Positions 27,819 to 35,348 of a stretch of 49,734 nucleotides of DNA are shown here, one piece after another (positions within the stretch are counted from its first letter, which is position 1; each line of letters begins with the position of its first letter). Made by a program: the position numbers and the translations under genes. Origin of the DNA: an uncultured Bacteroidota bacterium (GTDB lineage: Bacteria; Bacteroidota; Bacteroidia; Bacteroidales; WCHB1-69). The notes beneath the pieces are model-generated. The model ran no database searches. It was given only the letters and a program-made list of their open reading frames with translations, and had not been told where the DNA came from. The stretch lies in NCBI GenBank assembly GCA_902770735.1, contig CACXUB010000010.1, positions 1 to 49,734 of the forward strand, read 5' to 3'.

Positions 27819-28625
27819 ATGGAATCAGATGCACAGAAAAAATTAGATGTTAAGAAGTCGGAGGAGATGGAAAGTGCCGGCAACCTCCAAGAATCGCATG
27901 ACGACGAAGTGTCCAAGCCGTGGAACGGCGTGTTTTACACCGAAGGCGATGATGAACCCATTATTGTTGATTCAAAGATCAGAACTATGGGGGATTTGGA
28001 ACGTTTGGTGGATGAGTCAATGGTTAAAAATCAAATGGTGGAAGAGTTGTTGGAATGGGTCTCCATACGCACAAAGGGGGATGTTGACCTTGCGGCCACG
28101 TTGATGAAAAAGGGGTTGCGGAGGCTGAACAACAAAAACAAACAGAAGGATCCGTGTCGTATTATCGTGAAAGAAAATGGAATCTTTGTCGAACTTCCCG
28201 ACCAAAAACTCAAAAAGGTGACTTTCGGACGGGGAAACTTGTCGAAAACGCTGTATGTCTTTTTCCTTCGCCAAATTGTGCGAGCCACGAAGGACAACAC
28301 GATTCCGGGCTGTCTCTCGCAATTTGAGATGGGGGATTACAAGGAGGAACTGATGTTCATTTACCAAAACGTCAGCGGCAAGCATGGTGACATCCAGGAG
28401 GTGGAATCGTGGTTGGAGAAGGGCACGGTGTCCAACAACTTCGCGAACGCCACCGCCTCCGTCCGGAAGTATTTCGACAAGCTTTTCGACAACTATGTCA
28501 TCAAATACAAATGGGAGAAATGCTACAGTATTGAAATCAAGGGGACGGACCGTCGCGGCAACCCGCGCTACGGCATAAAACTCACCCCGGACGATTTCGT
28601 GCTGAAGTGGCCGTTTGAGGTGTGA
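27819..28625 (+). CDS. Hypothetical protein, putative winged-HTH domain (paralog of the 22307-23521 C-terminus)
   Basis: GRGNLSKTLYVFFL...DYKEELMFIY...SVRKYF...CYSIEI...YGIKLTPDD..LKWPF. Confidence 0.7.
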   Translation: MESDAQKKLDVKKSEEMESAGNLQESHDDEVSKPWNGVFYTEGDDEPIIVDSKIRTMGDLERLVDESMVKNQMVEELLEWVSIRTKGDVDLAATLMKKGLRRLNNKNKQKDPCRIIVKENGIFVELPDQKLKKVTFGRGNLSKTLYVFFLRQIVRATKDNTIPGCLSQFEMGDYKEELMFIYQNVSGKHGDIQEVESWLEKGTVSNNFANATASVRKYFDKLFDNYVIKYKWEKCYSIEIKGTDRRGNPRYGIKLTPDDFVLKWPFEV

Positions 28626-28863
28626 GGACCAGCGAAACGGGATCTCCGGCTCGAAAGGCTAGGGGGCGGAGCACAACGCGGTGCATACGGGAGAGCCTTC
28701 CTTGAAGGCGTGCGCTGGGCCGACGCGCAGCCGGCCAAGAAATAAGGGAGATATGTTCCGATTTTTTTGTTATTTTTGCCCTTTCAAAAGAATTATTAAC
28801 GAAAAACCATAAATAGTAGAAAAATAGAGTAATTAACATAGTATAAACCATAGCGTTAACTAT

Positions 28864-29040
28864 TATTCGCGTTCAAAGAAAAAAGCGTAGGAAACTGTTT
28901 TCTTGAAAAACGGATAAAGTTCGCGGCGAAGCCGTAAGGCGGAAGTCCGCAATGCATCTCTATAAAGTTTGCCCAAAAGGGTGTGAACTAATCTATAGAG
29001 ATGCAGCGGGTTTCTCCTACGCTTCCCGCGAACGCGAGTA
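28864..29040 (+). ncRNA. Candidate structured 5' leader / ncRNA upstream of the methyltransferase
   Basis: Nested stems 28864-74/29030-40 and 28883-92/29015-24, inner 12-bp stem 28953-64/28994-29005, plus short hairpins. Confidence 0.45.
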
Positions 29041-29104
29041 GAGAGGTTCGCACCTTTCTTTTTGCCGTGAGTGATTGATAGTCGCGCTGCAAACATCAAT
29101 CCTT

Positions 29105-30196
29105 ATGGCAAATAATACTTTACAAAAGGCAAAAGCAGCCAAGCAAGACGAGTTCTATACGCAACTCGTCGACATCCAAAACGAAATGAACGCTTATTTG
29201 GATTATAATCCTGATGTGTTCCGTGGAAAAACCATCCTTCTTCCTTGTGACGATCCAGAATGGAGCAACTTTACCCTGTTCTTTGCACAAAATTTTGAGC
29301 GATTCGGGTTGAAAAAGTTAATATCCACATCGTATGCCATTGAAAGCAAATACAATCTGTATGGATCTCAATTGTCATTGTTTGAAACAGATTTTGAGAA
29401 AACTTCAAAACAATACGATGCTAAAAAATCACAATCTCGCGGGAAAATATTTGTCCTTGACAAGGATTGCAATGCCGACGGATGCATCAATTACCATGAT
29501 TTGAAATGGGAATATCTAAAAGGTGATGGCGATTTTCGTTCGGATGAAGTAAAAGCATTGCGTGATGAGGCCGACATAATCATTACCAATCCGCCATTTT
29601 CTCTATTTAGAGAGTTTATGGCTTGGTTACTCATAGCAAAAAAACAATTTGTTATTATAGGTAGTATGATGAGCATATCTTACAAGGAGGTTTTCCCCCA
29701 TATTAAAAACAACAAAATATGGTTAGGAAGATCGACTGGAGGAAAAGAGTATAAAAAACCAGATGGTTCTTTCCAAAAAATGGGGAACACATGCTGGTTT
29801 ACCAATATTGACCATGGCCGAAGACATCAACCATTAACATTGATGTCAACAGCAGACGTTTTCAAATATAGCAAACACAAGGATATACGAGAAATGAACC
29901 ATTTTTACCATTATGAAAACTATGATGCTATAGATATTCCAAGGGTTGATGCTATTCCCTGTGATTACAATGGTGTAATGGGAGTGCCCACTTCTTTTCT
30001 ATACCAATATTGCCCTGATCAATTTGAGATAATTGGAATTGCAGAAGGAGATTCTGGAAAAGAACTTGGTTTGCAACCCTATGATCGTAATCTTAAGAAA
30101 TTAAACAAAAGTCTTAGGGATGGTCAACTGTTTTATTTATTGGAAAATGGCATTCCGAAAAAACCATTTGCACGTATCCTCATTCGCAAAAAATAA
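29105..30196 (+). CDS. Adenine-specific methyltransferase, EcoRI family
   Basis: AK.AKQDEFYT, LPCDDPEWSNF, GDGDFRS.E, IITNPPFSLFR, GVMGVP, ARILIR; start ATG 29105. Confidence 0.92.
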   Translation: MANNTLQKAKAAKQDEFYTQLVDIQNEMNAYLDYNPDVFRGKTILLPCDDPEWSNFTLFFAQNFERFGLKKLISTSYAIESKYNLYGSQLSLFETDFEKTSKQYDAKKSQSRGKIFVLDKDCNADGCINYHDLKWEYLKGDGDFRSDEVKALRDEADIIITNPPFSLFREFMAWLLIAKKQFVIIGSMMSISYKEVFPHIKNNKIWLGRSTGGKEYKKPDGSFQKMGNTCWFTNIDHGRRHQPLTLMSTADVFKYSKHKDIREMNHFYHYENYDAIDIPRVDAIPCDYNGVMGVPTSFLYQYCPDQFEIIGIAEGDSGKELGLQPYDRNLKKLNKSLRDGQLFYLLENGIPKKPFARILIRKK

Positions 30197-30216
30197 TCCA
30201 CTAAATAAATATCAAT

Positions 30217-31380
30217 ATGAAAACCACATTAAAAACGAACATTGCCGTGCGTGACATTTGCAACGGATTTGTTTACAATGAATTAGAAGAAAAAGGTTTG
30301 TATGGTCTTTCTGGCCAATTAGTCATTCAGCCGGAATACCAACGCAACTACATTTATGGCGATGGTAAAAAAGACGTGGCCGTTATCGAATCACTTCTCA
30401 AAGAGTACCCACTCGGTCTTATTTATTTCAATGAACGCGAGGATGGTATGCTGGAAGTGCTTGATGGGCAGCAACGTATAACCAGCATTGGACGTTTTGT
30501 GACAGACAAATTCCCGATCGTTGATGCACATGGCGTGCCGCAGTATTTCAGTAGTCTGCCCGCCAATCTCCAAGATTTGATTATGGACAGCAAACTCTTG
30601 ATTTATGTTTGCAAGGGTGGAGAACAAGAAATCAAGGAGTGGTTCAAAACCATTAATATCGAAGGAAAACCACTAAAGCCTCAGGAACTTCTTAATGCGA
30701 TCTATTCAGGCTCGTTTGTCACACTTTGTAAAGAGGTGTTCAGCAAACGCAACCAGCCTATTATGCAGAAATGGCAGTCGTATATAAAAGGTGAAGTGAA
30801 CCGACAGGATATCTTTGAAAGGGCTTTGGATTGGGTAAGTGGTGGCAATATTGAGGACTATATGAGTCGTCACCGCCACGACACCAACATAAATCCAATC
30901 AAACTCCATTTCGAAAGCGTCATTCAGTGGATAGAGAACGTGTTTCCCACTTATTATGATCAAATGAAAGGCTTGGAGTGGGGCCGCCTCTATGACACAT
31001 ACCATACCAACCCTTACAGTCCTTCCGCTGTGGATGCAGAAGTCGCCCGACTGTTTGCTGATGACAGCGTGGAAGACAAAAAGGGAATTTTTGAATATGT
31101 GTTAGGAGGAAAGCAAGACACTAAACTTTTGAAAATCAGAATTTTTAGTAACGCTGACAAATCAACGGTTTATCACCGGCAAACTGCCGCGGCAAAGGCT
31201 GCTGGCGAGTCCAACTGTCCGTTGTGCGCTCTCGGTCATGATGCCACCCGCACCAAAATATGGAAACTCGAGGAGATGGATGCTGACCACGTGACAGCAT
31301 GGAGCAAGGGCGGCGCTACCAGCATCGCCAACTGCCAGATGCTGTGCAAAACGCATAACAGGGCGAAAGGGAACAAATAG
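30217..31380 (+). CDS. DUF262 (ParB-like) + HNH endonuclease (GmrSD-like)
   Basis: [25 protein letters not shown]...EL; C-terminal CPLC...[27 protein letters not shown]. Confidence 0.9.
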   Translation: MKTTLKTNIAVRDICNGFVYNELEEKGLYGLSGQLVIQPEYQRNYIYGDGKKDVAVIESLLKEYPLGLIYFNEREDGMLEVLDGQQRITSIGRFVTDKFPIVDAHGVPQYFSSLPANLQDLIMDSKLLIYVCKGGEQEIKEWFKTINIEGKPLKPQELLNAIYSGSFVTLCKEVFSKRNQPIMQKWQSYIKGEVNRQDIFERALDWVSGGNIEDYMSRHRHDTNINPIKLHFESVIQWIENVFPTYYDQMKGLEWGRLYDTYHTNPYSPSAVDAEVARLFADDSVEDKKGIFEYVLGGKQDTKLLKIRIFSNADKSTVYHRQTAAAKAAGESNCPLCALGHDATRTKIWKLEEMDADHVTAWSKGGATSIANCQMLCKTHNRAKGNK

Positions 31381-31486
31381 TTGCCATTCATTTTCACCAA
31401 TCTGCCGTTCTCCATCAAATTTTCCGAGAACGGCATTTTTTTTGCTAATATTTGTTGTATCTTTGCCATCGAATTAGTACAGTGTT

Positions 31487-32362
31487 ATGAGCAAGAAATC
31501 TATAAGATTCTACAATGACCACGTGGTTCGTGCGGTTTGGGATGAGGAGAACTCCAAATGGTGGTTCTCGGCCACGGACATCGTGCGCGCCATTAACGAC
31601 GAGGAAGATTACACGAAAGGCCGCAACTATTGGAAATACCTGAAAGGCAAGATGGCCAAAGATGGTGTCCAACTGGTTAGTGTCACTAACCACTTCAAAT
31701 TCATGGCTCCCGACGGGAAGCAACGAGCCGCCGATGCTTTGGATGCCCAATGTGTTCAGACCTTGGCCAAAAACTATCCCAACAACCGCGCAAGCGCCTT
31801 CCTCGACTGGTTCGTCTATAGCGACAACACAATCGATGGTCAGAGTAAGAAGAAAGCCTACACGCTGTTTGAGAGCGGCATCCTCGACAGTATGAAACCC
31901 GGTACGGTGGAGTGCCTCCAGCAGATCCATGCCTACCTCTTCGGCGGGCTCTGCAACTTTGTCGGAAAGATACGCACCAAGACCATATCGAAAGGCGGCA
32001 CAATGTTCTGTAGGGCGGAGTTTCTGATGCAGAATTTGGTCACTATTGAGAAGATGCCGGAAAGCACATTCGATGAGATTGTGGACAAATACGTTGAGAT
32101 GAATGTGGCACACCCTTTCATGGAGGGCAACGGCCGTTCAACGCGCATCTGGCTGGACCTGATTTTCAAGAAACGCTTGAAAATGTGCGTGGACTGGAGT
32201 AAAATCGACAAAAACGACTATTTGGAAGCCATGCGACGGAGTGTGACGGACGCCGAACCCATCAGAACCTTGCTGAAAGGGGCAATGACAGACAAGATTG
32301 ACGATCGCGAAATCTTCATGAAAGGCATCGACTATTCCTATTATTACGAACAGGAGGAATAA
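31487..32362 (+). CDS. fic: Fic-family protein adenylyltransferase with N-terminal Bro-N-like domain
   Basis: VRAVWDEE..KWWFS..D...NYWKYLK (Bro-N-like); catalytic HPFMEGNGRSTR; C-terminal SYYYEQ. Confidence 0.9.
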   Translation: MSKKSIRFYNDHVVRAVWDEENSKWWFSATDIVRAINDEEDYTKGRNYWKYLKGKMAKDGVQLVSVTNHFKFMAPDGKQRAADALDAQCVQTLAKNYPNNRASAFLDWFVYSDNTIDGQSKKKAYTLFESGILDSMKPGTVECLQQIHAYLFGGLCNFVGKIRTKTISKGGTMFCRAEFLMQNLVTIEKMPESTFDEIVDKYVEMNVAHPFMEGNGRSTRIWLDLIFKKRLKMCVDWSKIDKNDYLEAMRRSVTDAEPIRTLLKGAMTDKIDDREIFMKGIDYSYYYEQEE

Positions 32363-32379
32363 TTACAGAAAGAAGAATT

Positions 32380-33222
32380 ATGACAAACTTATCCTATTTC
32401 GACCGTAAAAGACACTTGGTGTCCGTGTTCAACGACACCCTGCAGCGGATTGGCAGCAGCCAAGATTTGCAAGCCGCTGTCAACCAAAGCATCGCCTCCC
32501 AGCAGTATATCGGCGATGCCGACAATATAGAACTTCCCGCACCCTCCTATACCGAAAAGGCCCGGGTGGTGGTGAGCCGTCTGCGCTCTTTCGAGGCGGC
32601 GGCAAGGTATCCTGGACAAAAGGTGGCGGTTCTTAATTTCGCCTCCTCCACCTCTCCCGGCGGTGGGGTGGAGAACGGTGCTTCGGCGCAGGAGGAGTGC
32701 CTCTGCCGCGTGTCAACCCTCTACCCGTGCCTCAAAACCCGGATGGCGTGGGAGAAATTCTACGCTCCGCACCGTGCCGCACCCAACCCGCTCCACAACG
32801 ACGACATCATCTACACCAAAGATGTGGTGGTGCTGAAAGACGACGACTACAATGTCCTGCCCTCTCCGTTCCACGTAGATGTGATTACTTGTGCCGCGCC
32901 AAATCTGCGGGACATCCCTTCCAACCGATACAATCGGCATGACGGCGATGCGGTGCATGTCAGCCCGGAAAAACTTTTGGAGTTGCACCTGAAACGCGCC
33001 CGCAAAATCCTCTCCGCTGCCGCCGCGAACGGGGCTGAGGTGCTGATTCTCGGCGCGTTTGGCTGCGGCGCGTTCCGCAACGACCCCGCAGTCGTGGCCG
33101 CCGCCTACCAACAGGCATTGCCACAATTCCTGAACCACTTCAAAGCCATCGAGTTTGCCGTCTATTGCCGCCCGGGTGACAGCCGCAACTATGATGCTTT
33201 CACGATAATCCGCAATGGCTGA
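32380..33222 (+). CDS. TIGR02452 / DUF2263 microbial PARG-like (ADP-ribose glycohydrolase) protein
   Basis: VLNFASSTSPGGG...GASAQEECLCR.S, VITCAAPN, LILGAFGCGAFRNDP. Confidence 0.9.
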   Translation: MTNLSYFDRKRHLVSVFNDTLQRIGSSQDLQAAVNQSIASQQYIGDADNIELPAPSYTEKARVVVSRLRSFEAAARYPGQKVAVLNFASSTSPGGGVENGASAQEECLCRVSTLYPCLKTRMAWEKFYAPHRAAPNPLHNDDIIYTKDVVVLKDDDYNVLPSPFHVDVITCAAPNLRDIPSNRYNRHDGDAVHVSPEKLLELHLKRARKILSAAAANGAEVLILGAFGCGAFRNDPAVVAAAYQQALPQFLNHFKAIEFAVYCRPGDSRNYDAFTIIRNG

Positions 33223-33237
33223 CAATTTTTTGTTGCC

Positions 33238-33265
33238 GTAGATACGCGCCATGGCGCGTATCTAC
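33238..33265. repeat. Perfect 28-bp GTAG-type REP-like palindrome between convergent genes
   Basis: GTAGATACGCGCCA|TGGCGCGTATCTAC. Confidence 0.8.
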
Positions 33266-33272
33266 CATGAAT

Positions 33273-33977
33273 TCATACCCCTACCAGTCTCCCCAACAGC
33301 TGCGCCATCAGCTCGGAAACGCTCCGTTTTTTGTCATGGCTCGTTTTCAAGTACAGCGTGCCCTTCTCCATATATACCCGCTTGTTCACCTCCAGCATCA
33401 ACGACTGGTACCGGAATGCGCACTCCGGTGCCTCCGAATTGCTGTACGGGTAGTTGATGCCGACCGAGTAGCCGTTCTCCTCGAAAAGGTTTACGACAAA
33501 CTCCACCGTCTCCTTGTCTGGCTTCGACCAATCCTCGTTGAAGCCGATGCAGATGTCCACATTGCCTTGCTCCTCGGGGAAGGAGTGGCAGTCGAGAAGG
33601 AGGGCGTTCTCACAGAGCGTGCTCTTCAGTCTGTGCTGATGGCCGCGCCATAGGTTGTAAAGCTGTTTCTCGCATTGTTTCGGGATGTGACGGTGATAGT
33701 CTCCGAAACGCCGGTAGAGGATGCCTTGCCCCTCCTTCTCCAACGGATCGTTCCACAGCCGCTCGGCATCTACTACAAAACGCGAATAAGGGAAACGTAC
33801 GGGACGGATCCGCTCGTTGCGGAAACCATGAAACAGGAAGTCGGTGTGCCAGTCGGTGAGACGGAACACCACCTCGTTGATGAAGCGGGCGTCGATATCC
33901 CAGAAACTGAGTTCGTGGTCGTACAGCCCTTCAATGGAGGCGTGCGGCTCGTGGAGCACGATGATTGGATATGCCAT
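33273..33977 (-). CDS. N-formylglutamate amidohydrolase family protein
   Basis: LHEPHAS, LTDWHTD.LF, YSRFVVDAER, DCHSF, DICIG, NYPYS, LMLEVNK. Confidence 0.85.
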   Translation of the reverse strand: MAYPIIVLHEPHASIEGLYDHELSFWDIDARFINEVVFRLTDWHTDFLFHGFRNERIRPVRFPYSRFVVDAERLWNDPLEKEGQGILYRRFGDYHRHIPKQCEKQLYNLWRGHQHRLKSTLCENALLLDCHSFPEEQGNVDICIGFNEDWSKPDKETVEFVVNLFEENGYSVGINYPYSNSEAPECAFRYQSLMLEVNKRVYMEKGTLYLKTSHDKKRSVSELMAQLLGRLVGV

Positions 33978-33983
33978 AGTTCT

Positions 33984-35084
33984 TTATTTTTGATGTGACT
34001 GTTCTGCCGCCGTTCCTTTTTTTACAAATTCCACCACCTCGTCAGATGTGATGAACTCCGTGTCGTCCGGCCGGTTGAAGAGTTCAGGAAGCAGCTCTGA
34101 CAATTCCTTCTTCGCCATGCATTCAAGTTCCTGTTGTAGATTGAAAATCCTTTTTTTCAACGGAGTGAGCTTGTGTTGATAGAACATCCTGGTGATTTCA
34201 CCGTGGCGGAATTGCTGCTTGAGCTGCTGCTTCTGCAGATTCAGCGATTCCAGTACTTCCTTGCCCTCTTCCTGCTTTCGGCAGTAGTCGGCATACCAGT
34301 TCGTGAGTGCCTCGCGTTTGCATTCGAGGTGGGCGTTCAACAGGGTGACCCGCATCTTCTCCATCGCCTTGGCATCGGCCTCGCGGGTGTCCAGTATCTC
34401 CTGCCGCAATACCTGATTCTCGCGTTGAAGAAGATACAACTTTCTTTCTGTCAGACTGTCGCCTTTGTCGTTGGCCTCTAACAGCTTCACCACCTCTTCT
34501 AACGAGTAAGCTTCGTAACGCACCTTGGCCTCATCGTATCGCGTGTTGATATTCGTAAATGGACCCCAAATAGCTCTGAACGGGTTGGGCAGGTTCTCCG
34601 ACCGGCATTCTCCGTTAGCATTGACGATGCCGCAGCAGTTCATTCCCGACAGCGGGCTCCCCGCGATGTAATATACGAGCCAGGTGTCGTTGTGGAGGCG
34701 GCTGATGATGGCGGGAATGCACGTCATCCACCATTCGACATAGACACCCAATGTAGGGCGTCGGAAGCCACTGGTTCCGATGTAAGCGAGGCCGCTTTGT
34801 ACGGGAACGGGGGCAAGGAACATGCGACTGTCGTTCAGGATTTTCTCGCGGTGGTCGAGGAAAAAGAAGGCGCGGTCGGTGAAGAATTTCACGGCCTGTT
34901 TGCGCTGCTCCTCCAGTTCCGGCGGGATGGGCTTCACGACGGGTTTCCGCCTGCCGACAGAGAGATACTGTCCCGTGGTGTCCAGCTTCATCCGGTTGTC
35001 GATGGGCTGTGAGAGTTCCACTTTCGGATAGCACAGTAGTTCGCGACCACTGAGCAAAGTGATTTGATGGATTTGCTTCATCAT
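33984..35084 (-). CDS. Hypothetical protein with C-terminal coiled coil
   Basis: Likely start ATG 35084 (MMKQIHQ), downstream of the -7 box at 35254-35247; SGLAY.G, TLGVY.EWW, GSPLSG.N.C motifs; upstream of and co-oriented with the amidohydrolase. Confidence 0.72.
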   Translation of the reverse strand: MMKQIHQITLLSGRELLCYPKVELSQPIDNRMKLDTTGQYLSVGRRKPVVKPIPPELEEQRKQAVKFFTDRAFFFLDHREKILNDSRMFLAPVPVQSGLAYIGTSGFRRPTLGVYVEWWMTCIPAIISRLHNDTWLVYYIAGSPLSGMNCCGIVNANGECRSENLPNPFRAIWGPFTNINTRYDEAKVRYEAYSLEEVVKLLEANDKGDSLTERKLYLLQRENQVLRQEILDTREADAKAMEKMRVTLLNAHLECKREALTNWYADYCRKQEEGKEVLESLNLQKQQLKQQFRHGEITRMFYQHKLTPLKKRIFNLQQELECMAKKELSELLPELFNRPDDTEFITSDEVVEFVKKGTAAEQSHQK

Positions 35085-35246
35085 TCGGTTCCGGTTGCCT
35101 GTACACCGGAAGGTTCTGTGCCGAAGATGAGAAACGCGGTGCCCTTTATCGCTAAAGAACACCGCGTATGGCGGGTTGTTATTTAGCGCGTTTTTTAGAG
35201 AGGTTGGCAATTTGACGTAAATCCGTTCCTCTTTCTCATCCGGCGG

Positions 35247-35329
35247 CAAATATACGAAATTTTTTTTGAAATATCGGTTGTCTGCTACTCGCAACAATTT
35301 TTTTTGCATGGGGAAAATGATTATTTTTG
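35247..35329. promoter_or_regulatory. Palindrome box 7 shared by divergent promoters
   Basis: Minus-strand TATATTTG (35254-35247), N28, TGCTACTCGCA (35283-35293), N28, plus-strand TATTTTTG (35322-35329). Confidence 0.88.
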
Positions 35330-35348
35330 CCGTGTAAAAAACTTTGCT

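Noticed and set aside
27159-32362. Prophage interpretation based on the A1S_2505-like and Bro-N-like domains
   Set aside because: No structural, packaging, replication, lysis or integrase genes are present.
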